The notes under the pieces were generated by a model. That model ran no database searches, was not told where the DNA came from, and was given only the letters and a program-made list of their open reading frames with translations. DNA of 64,000 bases from an uncultured Candidatus Micrarchaeota archaeon (GTDB taxonomy: Archaea; Micrarchaeota; Micrarchaeia; Anstonellales; J096), in the NCBI GenBank assembly GCA_938083015.1, contig CALKCX010000008.1, forward strand, positions 11,196-75,195. The letters run 5' to 3'. Position 1 is the first letter of the stretch. Every line of letters starts with the position of its first letter. Of the stretch, positions 19,217-29,652 are shown in pieces. The translations under genes and the position numbers were made by a program.

Positions 19217-20131
19217 ATGAAGAACTATTTAATTCCTTCGTCATCTAATCTTAAATATCTACTAAATTTGGATATAGAACATATATTTTATTTTAATCAC
19301 ACCATATATACGTACGAATTGAATAAAAAATTGGTAGAAGATACTTATAAGGGCGATGTAAAGAATATTGAAAAACTGTTTGAAGATATAAAAGGTATAG
19401 ACATAAAAATTCCTTTAAAAGATTTAGATGCTAGATTTTATTTAAAATTGAATAATTATGCAAAAAGCATAGAGGATTGTACTGATGAATTATTAAAAAT
19501 TAGAATGTATAAAAAAGACGAGGAATTTAATAAAATAAAAAAAGCGGCCATTAAAACTTTAAGATTACTCGATAAGATATCTTCAAAAATAGATAAAGAT
19601 ATGACTGAACAACAGATAGAGCGAATGATAATATCGTATGGGCATAGATTAGCTTTTGATCCTATTGTAGCTTCTTATAGAAATGCCAAGTATCCACATT
19701 ATAAGGCGAATAAAATAAAAATTAAAAGTGCGGTTTTAATAGATTTCGGTTTAGAATACAAATGGTATAAAGCAGATATTACAGATATGATCATATTTAA
19801 TAATGATAAATTAGAACAACTTTATAATAAACTTAGATCTATATTCAATTATATTGTTGATAGAATAAGACCTGGTATGGATGCAGCAGAATTAGATAAA
19901 ATATATAGAAAAGCTTACAAATACTATAATATGCCATTACCTCCCCATTCTATAGGGCATGGCATAGGTCTGGATATACACGAATACCCTATTATAGCTA
20001 ATAAATCAAAGCATATATTGAAGAATGTGGCAATTACTATTGAACCTGGGTATTACGATGATAAACTAGGTCTAAGATATGAGAGAGACGTATTAATATA
20101 TGAAGACGGTATAGAAATATTAGATATCTAA
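19217..20131 (+). CDS. Xaa-Pro aminopeptidase (M24)
   Basis: AFDPIV, PHY, DFG...Y.ADIT, HSIGHGIGLDIHE, TIEPG.Y, R.E.D; ATG 19217 likely start. Confidence 0.92.
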   Translation: MKNYLIPSSSNLKYLLNLDIEHIFYFNHTIYTYELNKKLVEDTYKGDVKNIEKLFEDIKGIDIKIPLKDLDARFYLKLNNYAKSIEDCTDELLKIRMYKKDEEFNKIKKAAIKTLRLLDKISSKIDKDMTEQQIERMIISYGHRLAFDPIVASYRNAKYPHYKANKIKIKSAVLIDFGLEYKWYKADITDMIIFNNDKLEQLYNKLRSIFNYIVDRIRPGMDAAELDKIYRKAYKYYNMPLPPHSIGHGIGLDIHEYPIIANKSKHILKNVAITIEPGYYDDKLGLRYERDVLIYEDGIEILDI

Positions 20132-20500
20132 TACTATTTCAAGAGTATTATTAGAATATCTTAAATTATGAAATGTAGCTGCTTTTATACGATTATACCA
20201 TCTGTCTTTAACATAAAATATCATTATCTTGGCCTTAAATTCTTCACAGTATTCTATTTTGTAACAAACAGGTTTTACTTCTCTTATTTCTAGCTCAGCA
20301 ATTAAAGTATTTATAAGATTGACGAAAAACATTTCCGGGATTTGCTCTTCTAAATCAATATAAAAAAACTCTCCAGAATTTGAACATTCTTTAGTTTTAG
20401 TTATATAACCGACTAAATCTCTAATTATTTCACATATATCGCCTTTTAATATTAATTTTACATCAGCTGTATGATCTTCAATTTTTAACATTCTTATCAT
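20120..20500 (-). CDS. Archease (RtcB cofactor)
   Basis: DHTADV, IKAATFH, C-terminal LDI. Confidence 0.92.
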   Translation of the reverse strand: MIRMLKIEDHTADVKLILKGDICEIIRDLVGYITKTKECSNSGEFFYIDLEEQIPEMFFVNLINTLIAELEIREVKPVCYKIEYCEEFKAKIMIFYVKDRWYNRIKAATFHNLRYSNNTLEIVLDI

Positions 20501-20903
20501 TAAAATATTGATAATAACCAGGGCCCAATACTATAAATTCTCTTCTACCTAATTTTTCTATCTTTATAAAATTCCTGTTTAATAGATCTAACAATTCTTG
20601 ATTACTTAATCTTTTTCTTATCTCGCTTTTTGCCATCTTTCCATTCATCCTTAACAATCCCAAGACCTTAATTTGCCTATCTGATAGATCTTTATCGTCA
20701 TAATAAGTTGCTATTTTATCAATATACTCTGGTTTTATTTCCATTATTAATCTGTTGTTTTTTATTACTATATTTAAAACGGTTTTCTCATATTTTGTAT
20801 TTAACCTTTGAACTAACTCATTAATATCTTGATCTTTTATTTTATCTAATGGTAGACCATTAGGTTTTAAAAATAGAATTCCTTCTATGATTTCGTCATC
20901 CAT
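20478..20903 (-). CDS. scpB: ScpB-like SMC accessory protein
   Basis: IIEGILF...L, LN..Y, two winged-helix-like halves, follows scpA. Confidence 0.7.
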   Translation of the reverse strand: MDDEIIEGILFLKPNGLPLDKIKDQDINELVQRLNTKYEKTVLNIVIKNNRLIMEIKPEYIDKIATYYDDKDLSDRQIKVLGLLRMNGKMAKSEIRKRLSNQELLDLLNRNFIKIEKLGRREFIVLGPGYYQYFNDKNVKN

Positions 20904-20905
20904 GA

Positions 20906-21505
20906 TTAACTCACCCTTATTATTTTAATATCATCAAAAGGCCTTTCTTGATAGAATTCTAATTTTCCTTCATTAGTTAAAAGCAACATTGATAAAAAAT
21001 TTTCCAATTTATCTCCAGGTATATTGGAAAACATTATTTCCTTTTCTATAAATTTTATAAATCTTTCAATTTTAATACTAAAGTCTTCTTCATCCATTAC
21101 TATAATTTCATTTAGGTCTTGTTCTATTGGCGTTGCACTTTGTAACATTCTAAGCTTTCTTATACGTTTATGTCTAGATATGTATTTACGAATTACTTTT
21201 ATCAAGTATTTCAAAGATATAGGTGCTTTTCGTGCAGGTCTAACTAATTCTATTTTAGTTTCATTATCATATTCTAAAGTTTGAGTTTCAGGAATATTTA
21301 TCATTAAGGCCCTGTATTTTAATATAATCGCATAAGCTAAAAGAAGATCTCCGCTTATTCTAAAATCCATACTTTTAATCTTCTCTCTTATCTTATTTGC
21401 TAATAATTCTAAATCTAAATCCCAAGGATCTAGTTTGTTTTTAATAACAAGATCGATTAGTATATGTTTCCAATCCGATCTTTCTACTATTTTTTCAATA
21501 TCCAT
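20906..21505 (-). CDS. scpA: ScpA kleisin
   Basis: W..IL.DLV..NKLDPWDLDL, SG..LL..AI.L..., FL..L.L...GK....Q..PFDDI.I. Confidence 0.9.
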   Translation of the reverse strand: MDIEKIVERSDWKHILIDLVIKNKLDPWDLDLELLANKIREKIKSMDFRISGDLLLAYAIILKYRALMINIPETQTLEYDNETKIELVRPARKAPISLKYLIKVIRKYISRHKRIRKLRMLQSATPIEQDLNEIIVMDEEDFSIKIERFIKFIEKEIMFSNIPGDKLENFLSMLLLTNEGKLEFYQERPFDDIKIIRVS

Positions 21506-21540
21506 ATTTTATATTTGAACTTTATGTTTTTTAATATCTA

Positions 21541-21589
21541 TCAGTCGCTGTCGGTCTCATCACAATTCAGAGGTTGTTTATTTCATCAA
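21541..21589 (-). ncRNA. Box C/D guide sRNA 2
   Basis: Minus strand: TTGATGA - AATAAACAACCT - CTGA - ATT - GTGATGA - GACCGACAGCGA - CTGA, with 12-nt guides, in an intergenic gap. Confidence 0.9.
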
Positions 21590-21620
21590 CAATTAAATAA
21601 TAAACATATGTTTAAATAAC

Positions 21621-22478
21621 ATGCTTAAATTGATAAATAGACTTGTCAACATACCTACTGTTAGTACTAGAGAAGAGGTCTTTTTAGATATGTTTTTAGA
21701 TATAATCGAAGATTATGAGTTATATGGCAAAAATATATTGATTAGAGGCAAAGGTAATTGGTTTTTAGTTGCCCATTATGATAATATTGGATTTGTGTTA
21801 GAAGATTACCTGGCAAACGGCAAATATATGTATTCTACTAGAGGATTAGTAAACATTAAAGAAGGTTTGGTAAGATCTATATACAATGGTGAAGAAATTA
21901 TAGGAATATTAAAAGATAATGAAATAGAAATATTGGATTTTCAAGAAGAACTAAATGAATTGTATCCATTTGTATATTACGGTCATGTTAAAGATATAGG
22001 CGATAGATGGGTTGGTCCTAATCTTGATAATAAGCTTGGAGTAGCTGTTATTCTTGATATAAGAAAATATTACGATATAAATATTCTATTATTGGCCGGT
22101 GAAGAACAAGGAGTTACAAGACTAGGAAGAATAGCAAAAGAGTTTAAAAATAGTAATTTCATATGTATAGACGGTACTTCACAATATAATCCACACGATA
22201 TAAGAGGTATTGATAAAATAATGTATAGATCTATAGAAGGATCTGGTAGTAGGGCACCTAAGGAACTTGTAGATGTAATATCAAAATATATTCAAGATGA
22301 AGCTCAAACTTATTCTGAATATCAAATAAGTGATGCGACCACATTTTATAGATACGGAATGAAGGCCATAAATATATCTTATCCAATTAAATATTTACAC
22401 AGTCCAAACGAGATTGTTTATAAAAACAACGTATTTAAATTAAGAGAGCTTTTAATAAAAATTATAGAAGATCTTTAA
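21621..22478 (+). CDS. M42/M20-clan metallo-aminopeptidase (shortened TET-like)
   Basis: AHYDNIG, LDNKLG, EEQG, ID, YLHSPNE. Confidence 0.85.
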   Translation: MLKLINRLVNIPTVSTREEVFLDMFLDIIEDYELYGKNILIRGKGNWFLVAHYDNIGFVLEDYLANGKYMYSTRGLVNIKEGLVRSIYNGEEIIGILKDNEIEILDFQEELNELYPFVYYGHVKDIGDRWVGPNLDNKLGVAVILDIRKYYDINILLLAGEEQGVTRLGRIAKEFKNSNFICIDGTSQYNPHDIRGIDKIMYRSIEGSGSRAPKELVDVISKYIQDEAQTYSEYQISDATTFYRYGMKAINISYPIKYLHSPNEIVYKNNVFKLRELLIKIIEDL

Positions 22479-23979
22479 ACATATACCTATGAATTAGACG
22501 ATAACCAAGTTTTCTATAGTATTCTCTTACTCCGACTGCCGATATTACAGATATGTTAAGATTATTATCTTGAGCTATCTCTTCTGCTTTTTTCATCAAC
22601 ATCTTACCTATGCCCCTATGTTGTATTTTACCTACTTCTCCTATTCTAGTTTCTTTTCCATATACATGCAATTCTCTAACAATGGCCGTATTTTCTATTT
22701 CAGATACACTCCATTCATTCGGTATTCTTAACCTAAGAAAACCGTATATTAGCGATCTATCTTTAGATTCCATAGATAAAAAATATTCAATACCATCATT
22801 AGCTTGATATTTAATTTCAAATATTTGAGAGTTTTCAAAATCGAATTCAATATCTGCTTTTCGACCAACTTCATTCGTTCTAATTTCATCTATATGTATT
22901 CCATTCATATTGGCAAATTCAATAGCTAATTCTCGAATATTGGCCTTCTTTACTCCGGCCTCTATTTTATGAGACGGTATATCTCTATTAATTCTCTGAA
23001 TTCTAACATATCTAGGTATATATTTGAATATTTGAGCTATTACCTGTGCAGCAGTTTCATCATCATATGGCACATATTCCTTCTTAACATATTGCTCGTA
23101 TAATCTTGAACCTTTTATCACCAACGTAGGGTATATCTTTAGCATATCTGGTCTAAATCTCTGATCTTCAAATAATGTTTTAAACATCTCAATATCTCTT
23201 TTAGGATCGCTACCTGGTAGACCTAACATCATATGATATAATATCTTATAACCTGCATTTCTTAATTGAGTTGTGGCCTTTATAACATCGCTTACACTAT
23301 GTCCCCGATTTACATTATATAATACATCATCATAAAGAGATTGGACACCTAATTCTATTTTAGTAGCTCCGTAATATAACAATTCATCGATATTATAAAC
23401 ATCTGGTCTAGTTTCAATAGTTAAACCTACTACTCTTCTTTCTGCTTTCTCGTTTATCAATTTTGCCTGATCCAGATTATTAGATATTACATCGTTTATA
23501 GCATCGTATATAGATTTAATAAAATAGTATTTGTAATCATTATCCATATCTAAAAATGTGCCCCCCATAACTATGACATCTAATTTCTGAGCATGATGAT
23601 TCTGGATTTGATAATGATGTAACCGGGCCTTAACTTGAAGATAAGGATCGTAGTTTACTGCTCTAGCTCTAAGAGAAGTAGGCTCGTATCCAGTATAGCT
23701 TTTTGGTGCTATATTAGATATAGGACAATAACTACATTTCCATTTACACGATCCCTGTGGTCTGACCATTACTGCTACAGGTGCAACTCCAGATAATGTT
23801 CGAGAAGGCTTTCTAATAAAAGATTCGCCCAATTTCTCTTTTAATAAATCGTATAATTCTGAATTTTTAGGTACTCTCTCTATCTTAGATTCGGCCGCAG
23901 CTAATCTCTTAGCTTTATTTATATCCTTCAATTCTTCGAAGTATTTAAGAAAAATCTTGAAAAATTCTTGGGTTACCAT
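22462..23979 (-). CDS. elp3: Elp3 tRNA U34 carboxymethyltransferase (radical SAM plus KAT)
   Basis: RTLSGVAPVAVM, CKWKCSYCP, ETRPD, KIYPTLV, VRELHVYG, QHRGIG, GVREYY. Confidence 0.97.
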   Translation of the reverse strand: MVTQEFFKIFLKYFEELKDINKAKRLAAAESKIERVPKNSELYDLLKEKLGESFIRKPSRTLSGVAPVAVMVRPQGSCKWKCSYCPISNIAPKSYTGYEPTSLRARAVNYDPYLQVKARLHHYQIQNHHAQKLDVIVMGGTFLDMDNDYKYYFIKSIYDAINDVISNNLDQAKLINEKAERRVVGLTIETRPDVYNIDELLYYGATKIELGVQSLYDDVLYNVNRGHSVSDVIKATTQLRNAGYKILYHMMLGLPGSDPKRDIEMFKTLFEDQRFRPDMLKIYPTLVIKGSRLYEQYVKKEYVPYDDETAAQVIAQIFKYIPRYVRIQRINRDIPSHKIEAGVKKANIRELAIEFANMNGIHIDEIRTNEVGRKADIEFDFENSQIFEIKYQANDGIEYFLSMESKDRSLIYGFLRLRIPNEWSVSEIENTAIVRELHVYGKETRIGEVGKIQHRGIGKMLMKKAEEIAQDNNLNISVISAVGVREYYRKLGYRLIHRYMFKDLL

Positions 23980-24530
23980 TTATTATACAATATCGTAAGG
24001 CCAAGTATTATCAATGTTACTATAATTTTAAATACGAAATTGCTTGCCCAAAATCCTCCTACTCCCCAGAAATGAATTAATATAAGGCCGATCATTAGGT
24101 ATGGTAAATATGAAAATATTGGGTCAAGAATCTTAAGTATTCGAAGTTGAGTTAAAAGTATTACTATGAAGATTATCGATGCTAGTATACCAGCAATTAT
24201 TCCTAGAATACTATTGTATTTTAACATAAGACTTATATTGAATCCATATAATAACAATTGAGAAGTTATAAAGTGCAACAATAAGAAAATAAGAGTAAAG
24301 GCGTTTAATAATAATCTGTTATTATGTAATAATGCACTTAATTGACTTGGGTATTTTGAGTATATTTTCGATACTAATGCTGTAAATATTATGTTAAGCA
24401 TTGCCAATATTCCAAATGAAGCTACTAAATACTTATCGGCCTGTATAGGTGATTCGATAAGTAATGTAATCGATATTACAAATAGTATGATAATTGAATA
24501 AGCTATTACTAATCTAATATCAATGTTCAT
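23973..24530 (-). CDS. Ferric-reductase-like (MsrQ-type) transmembrane protein
   Basis: About 6 TM helices with intramembrane His (LLHF, LIHF). Confidence 0.5.
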   Translation of the reverse strand: MNIDIRLVIAYSIIILFVISITLLIESPIQADKYLVASFGILAMLNIIFTALVSKIYSKYPSQLSALLHNNRLLLNAFTLIFLLLHFITSQLLLYGFNISLMLKYNSILGIIAGILASIIFIVILLTQLRILKILDPIFSYLPYLMIGLILIHFWGVGGFWASNFVFKIIVTLIILGLTILYNKW

Positions 24531-24551
24531 GTTCTTATTATAATGTTGAAT

Positions 24552-25472
24552 TTAAAAAACAACATTTTGTCCTTTTATTAATTTTATCATTTTTCTATAA
24601 CCATCTGGGTTAACAATAGGTTTTTTGTATTGTTCTATATCATCTACTATTCTTGGACAAGCAGTATTTATCAAAGCTTCTATAAATAAAAAATTAGATA
24701 TACTATTAGGGTCTAGATTGTTACTTACAAGTATATAAGCTTGTTTTCCCAATGTTATCAATTCTTGTTTCATTTTAATAGCTAATCTATAACTGTATTG
24801 TCCTGGTTTAGTAGATACTAATATACCGAAGGATTTTGCTTGTGCGGCCTTTATTATAGATGCTATTCTTCTTTTATGCAATTTCTCTATCTGATCATTG
24901 ACAAGAACGTATTTTTTTGTAAATGGGTCTAGACCATATACTGGTATTTTCTTAGCTATATTATAGGGAATTGCAGTCCAATGAAATGTCCCGTCTGCTA
25001 TAACTAAAACAGCTTTAACATCATCACCTACTGCTGTACCATCACAGCCTAATACTTGACCATACTCTGTACATAATGGTCCTTTCTTTACTCTATTTTC
25101 TATTCCTGCATTTTTAAAATACTGTTCGATTTTATAATATAGATGATGATACTGGGCAGTAGTTAGTATTGAAATTCTATCTAATTGATTTTTCTTTAAT
25201 TCATCTATTAAATCTGGCCAATCTATTTCAATATCTATGTTATATGGAATATATTCTACGATAATTCCGTTTATGCTTCTTTTTAATGGAAAATACGTAT
25301 GTCCTATGTGAACTATTTTATCTGCGCCTATTGCCTTTGCTTCATCTATTGCAATATCGCATCCACCATACATGGGCGAGGCCGATATGACCACATCTTC
25401 AAGATTATACTTCTCTATAATGTCTATTGCTTTGTGTTTCAATCCTTCTGGTAATTGCAATAATATTGTCAT
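24552..25472 (-). CDS. dph2: Diphthamide biosynthesis enzyme Dph2
   Basis: LQLPEGLK, YGGCDI, HIGH, GQVLGC, DG.FH, TKPGQ, TACPRI. Confidence 0.96.
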   Translation of the reverse strand: MTILLQLPEGLKHKAIDIIEKYNLEDVVISASPMYGGCDIAIDEAKAIGADKIVHIGHTYFPLKRSINGIIVEYIPYNIDIEIDWPDLIDELKKNQLDRISILTTAQYHHLYYKIEQYFKNAGIENRVKKGPLCTEYGQVLGCDGTAVGDDVKAVLVIADGTFHWTAIPYNIAKKIPVYGLDPFTKKYVLVNDQIEKLHKRRIASIIKAAQAKSFGILVSTKPGQYSYRLAIKMKQELITLGKQAYILVSNNLDPNSISNFLFIEALINTACPRIVDDIEQYKKPIVNPDGYRKMIKLIKGQNVVF

Positions 25473-25522
25473 AAATGTAATGTGTGAAAACCAATTTAAA
25501 ATTTATTTACATATATAAGATC

Positions 25523-25699
25523 ATGAATGATGATGATTATTATCAATATGAATACGAATCTGAACTTAGAAATCTTACACTTGAACTTATGAGATTAGCT
25601 TATATGAGTGGTAAGCCGTTTAAAAAAATAGCTAAAGAGTATATTAAAAATGTGTTATTACTTAGTAAAATGATCGAAGATATGAGAGATGAGTCTTGA
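25523..25699 (+). CDS. Small conserved-looking hypothetical protein
   Basis: 58-aa ORF, ELRNLTLELMRLA...F..IA.EYI.NV; coupled to the next gene. Confidence 0.55.
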   Translation: MNDDDYYQYEYESELRNLTLELMRLAYMSGKPFKKIAKEYIKNVLLLSKMIEDMRDES

Positions 25700-27293
25700 T
25701 GTAAAACCTGCTATACAAATTACTAGAATATTAGGATTTAGAGTAGGGTATTTACAATTAATAGTCTTGATATTATTACTTACGATAGTTTATGTTTACT
25801 TAGGAATGATTAAACTAGTTGCAATGCTATTAATATATTTTGCTATACTTTATCTAGTATTAAAAGAAGTAATTGATATAAAGAAGATAGTTATAATATT
25901 CACGATAACGTATATTACAGGTATTGTATTTTACATTTCACTTCATTTTCCAATATTCATAGTATTATTAGTCTTAATACTCGTGTTACTAATATTCGTA
26001 TTAAGTTATGTCTTGGCCAATAATATAGCATTTCTAATATCGACTTTATATTTACCTACGCTTTACTTTATAATATCAGAATCTGAAGCTTGGAACCAGA
26101 TGTTTTTAAATTCATTGATAATATGGGCGATATTTACAATAACTTTTTTCTATTTTATAACATCAGCTACATTGAGATTATTCAATATTAGTATAAAAAA
26201 TCTATTTTCAAAATTCTTCATAAGTTGGTTTTACGATGATCCAGCTTTAGAAGAAGTATTAAACAAGATAGGTAAGACTAAAGAAGTAGACGTAGATGTA
26301 ATATACTTAAAAATTGGAGACGATATTATATATTTGTTAATACCGAATTTTCATTTTGGTCCATTTGGTTCTATAGGTAGTGCAGATGCACCAGCAGTAT
26401 TCAATCAAACTATGCCAAACAATTTAGTTTTTCATGGTCTAAACCACCATGATAGAGATGTTACTAGTAGAGAACAAATAGAAAAATTAGCTGTAGAGAT
26501 AGCAAAAACTCCTATTGGTGAATTTAAAAAACTTAGAATGAAATATAAGAGATACGATAAAGATAATGCTAGAGCTGATGTAATATTTACAGATGATTTA
26601 ACCTTAGTAGGACTAACTAGGTATCCTGAAGTAACTGAAGATGTATCTAGCTTAGGTGGAGAACTACTTAGAGCAGAGTTAAAAACATTGGTAAAAAATC
26701 CTATAATATTTGATCAACACAATTCAGATGCTAAAGTCATTAAATATTTTTCAACTGATACACAGGAATTTCAAGAGTATTTAGGAGTAATAAGAAAGAT
26801 AAGACCACAAGATGACTTAAATCCAAGTAAAGGTAAATATACGAAGATTGCCTATAGTACTGATATTGGATTAGGATCAAACGGTATAAATATATTGCAA
26901 CTATTAGCAGGGGGGCAGAAAATAGCTATTGTAAACATAGATGGTAATGGTATTTCATCTAATAGTTATGTAAAGATTGAACAAATAGCAAAAAAATACG
27001 GATATAATTTGATTTTATGTACAACAGATTCTCATGAAAATAATGATGTAGTCGGAATTGTTAATGACGTAGATCTTAGCGATTTTACTATAAATTCTAT
27101 AGAAAATGTATTAAAAGTAGATCCTTCAAATGACGTGTATTATAATTATAAAAAGTTTAAATTCGAATTAAACATGTTAGGTGAAGAGACGTCTGCTAGA
27201 CTTTTAACTTATCTTAGAATGAGTGTAAATTTTCTAGTTTGTACCTTAGTATCGGCAATACTTATAAACGCATACTATATATTAATACTATGA
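25689..27293 (+). CDS. DUF2070 family membrane protein
   Basis: N-terminal TM bundle then HFGPFG..GS, HG..HHD.D, D.HNS, TTDSH; C-terminal TM. Confidence 0.85.
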   Translation: MSLDVKPAIQITRILGFRVGYLQLIVLILLLTIVYVYLGMIKLVAMLLIYFAILYLVLKEVIDIKKIVIIFTITYITGIVFYISLHFPIFIVLLVLILVLLIFVLSYVLANNIAFLISTLYLPTLYFIISESEAWNQMFLNSLIIWAIFTITFFYFITSATLRLFNISIKNLFSKFFISWFYDDPALEEVLNKIGKTKEVDVDVIYLKIGDDIIYLLIPNFHFGPFGSIGSADAPAVFNQTMPNNLVFHGLNHHDRDVTSREQIEKLAVEIAKTPIGEFKKLRMKYKRYDKDNARADVIFTDDLTLVGLTRYPEVTEDVSSLGGELLRAELKTLVKNPIIFDQHNSDAKVIKYFSTDTQEFQEYLGVIRKIRPQDDLNPSKGKYTKIAYSTDIGLGSNGINILQLLAGGQKIAIVNIDGNGISSNSYVKIEQIAKKYGYNLILCTTDSHENNDVVGIVNDVDLSDFTINSIENVLKVDPSNDVYYNYKKFKFELNMLGEETSARLLTYLRMSVNFLVCTLVSAILINAYYILIL

Positions 27294-28123
27294 AAGATAT
27301 CCCTACTTTTATATATAGAAAATTGGATGAAAATAACAAAGACGATCGAGAAAAAATAGGTATTATAATAAGACAGTTATATTATTTAAGTCAACGATAT
27401 CCAGAGAAATTTAATCCTAGTAGAAAACAATGGGAAGAATTAATTAAAAATGTGTTTAGAATGTCGAAAGTTCTAAGTTATTATTCTCATGAACCTTATG
27501 AGAGATATAAGAAGCTTGAAAAGATCTTAACTCTTCTTATATCAGAAGTTGTACACGCATCTAATCCTTCTTTTAGTCATGTTCAAGATAAACCTAATTT
27601 GATAATAAAAGTTTTAGATACGTATATAAGAATGTCTAAGATGATGGATAGTTTCAATATTAGATACGATCCGTCTAGAGTCTATAGATTTTTAGAATGG
27701 TTTGTCACTATTGGTAATTTAGCAGAAGGAAAAAAAGATTCTGAGATGATTGAAATACTTGGAAGTAGAAGAAGATTCTCTGAAGCTGAATTACTTATAA
27801 CTTATATGCATATTGGTAAACAGAGACACGAAATTATGATAGCGAGATCGATGTCAAATTATATAGCTTTGGTAAAAGATATAAAATACGAGAAATTATT
27901 CATGTACTCTAGTTTAGATCCAATAGGAGCTGTATTAATTGGATTAATAGCACATGAAAAGGGCATGTACATAAAAGATATTGACTCTTGGATATTAGAA
28001 AAGATAATGTCTTATGATTTTAGAAGAGATATTGTTGAAAATTTTGATATTAATCTTGATAAATTAAAAGAATTTTTAGATAAGATCGAACGTATTAGAA
28101 GTGCATCCAGAAATATATATTAA
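27290..28123 (+). CDS. Hypothetical protein (orphan, helical)
   Basis: ATGA-coupled ORF; no motif recognised. Confidence 0.6.
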   Translation: MKDIPTFIYRKLDENNKDDREKIGIIIRQLYYLSQRYPEKFNPSRKQWEELIKNVFRMSKVLSYYSHEPYERYKKLEKILTLLISEVVHASNPSFSHVQDKPNLIIKVLDTYIRMSKMMDSFNIRYDPSRVYRFLEWFVTIGNLAEGKKDSEMIEILGSRRRFSEAELLITYMHIGKQRHEIMIARSMSNYIALVKDIKYEKLFMYSSLDPIGAVLIGLIAHEKGMYIKDIDSWILEKIMSYDFRRDIVENFDINLDKLKEFLDKIERIRSASRNIY

Positions 28124-28146
28124 AAAGCTTTAGCTATAAATAATTG

Positions 28147-29652
28147 ATGTTACTAATATTACTATTGATAGGGGCCTATGCATATCAATGTAATACGACT
28201 ATTGATGTTAACTTCCTTGCCATATCAGGTAGTATTGGTAAATTGGTACCATCTAAGATAGTATTGAATGGTGAAGGTCAGGATTTATTTTTAAAAATAA
28301 TGTATACGACTGATAGAGATACGCAAATATCTTTTTTAAATGCTTATAGATTATCATCGATAAACTGCAATGTATTCGCCGATATAAGTACAGATGTATC
28401 TGGTAGCTCAGGAGGATTGTTATTTTACATCGTATTAAAATACAAAACTAATTTAACTGGGGCCACAGGAGATGTAGATGGACTTGGCAATGTAAGACCA
28501 ATTTCAGGTCTTTATGAAAAGTTAAAAGCTGGACAAGAAGTATATCAAAATTTCGTCGTACCTATAGGTTCAATATACCAGTATTATGTCACTAAACTTT
28601 TTCCTTATAATATAACGTATGTTCAGCATGTTAATGAATTAACTTATAAAAATGGTAGAGTATACGGAACAATAGAGCCGACGAAATCGATATTTCAATT
28701 ACCTAAACTTCCTATTAGAGAATCTAAGTATAACAGCTCATTGCTTAGACCTGTTTATGAAGAATTGAGAGAATTCTATAAAAACATCGGCCCTATAAAG
28801 ATAGACGATCCAAGGATAGAAGAATATTATAACGAATATCTAAATATAGTTGATAAAATTGCTGAAATGGGATATTACTACACAGCATCTAATTATCTTT
28901 TTATTACATCTTCACATCGTAACGCTTTATATAGTATATCAAATAACATAGATCCTGAAAATTTAAAAGTCAAAGCTATGGAATGTTTAAGAAGTTTAGA
29001 TATAAAAGGTAATTCTGAAAATGATATAGCTGCATTAACTAGATACGAATGGGCGAAAGAGGCCCTTGGAAAAAACTATGGTGGATTGCATGAAGAGAAA
29101 TATGCAAGATATTACGATTATACTCAGGCCTATCTATGGTGTAAACTATCTAAACGTATATATGAAAACAAGATTTTAGAATATAATAATACTAAAGAAT
29201 TGATTATGGATTGGTTAAGTTTATCTATAAAAGATACTACTATAAATCCTTTAGATAATTCTAGATATAGAATAGCTATTTCTAAGATTATCGAGGATCC
29301 ATTGATAGCTTTATATAATTTGGCGTTTATCGTTAGAAAAGATACCACTCTAAGGAATGAATATAATTCAATATGGGCAAATATATACGCGTCTCAAGCA
29401 GATTATCTAATTCAAACTGAAGGGTTTTCCTCTGAGATAAGTCAATTAGCATCTTTATCTAATAATTTAGAGGAAATATTTAACAATAATCCAAGATTAA
29501 TAACAAATCTATCTAAATCAGAAATCAAATGGACAATTATAGCAATAGCAATAGTATTGACAATAATAGTATTTATTAGAATTCTAGATTTTATACTAAA
29601 GATCTTACTAATATTATTGCTTTTATTATTGTTATTACTATGGGTTTTGTAA
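28147..29652 (+). CDS. Secreted, C-terminally anchored Lon-type (S16) Ser-Lys protease (COG1750-like)
   Basis: Signal peptide; DTQIS, VSGSSGG (catalytic Ser), TGDVD..G.V.PISGL.EK.KA (catalytic Lys); C-terminal hydrophobic anchor. Confidence 0.8.
   Translation: MLLILLLIGAYAYQCNTTIDVNFLAISGSIGKLVPSKIVLNGEGQDLFLKIMYTTDRDTQISFLNAYRLSSINCNVFADISTDVSGSSGGLLFYIVLKYKTNLTGATGDVDGLGNVRPISGLYEKLKAGQEVYQNFVVPIGSIYQYYVTKLFPYNITYVQHVNELTYKNGRVYGTIEPTKSIFQLPKLPIRESKYNSSLLRPVYEELREFYKNIGPIKIDDPRIEEYYNEYLNIVDKIAEMGYYYTASNYLFITSSHRNALYSISNNIDPENLKVKAMECLRSLDIKGNSENDIAALTRYEWAKEALGKNYGGLHEEKYARYYDYTQAYLWCKLSKRIYENKILEYNNTKELIMDWLSLSIKDTTINPLDNSRYRIAISKIIEDPLIALYNLAFIVRKDTTLRNEYNSIWANIYASQADYLIQTEGFSSEISQLASLSNNLEEIFNNNPRLITNLSKSEIKWTIIAIAIVLTIIVFIRILDFILKILLILLLLLLLLLWVL

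Noticed and set aside
25527..25563. ATGATGA...CTGA as a fourth C/D sRNA
   Set aside because: Lies inside an ORF encoding NDDD; spacing is wrong and there are no internal D'/C' boxes
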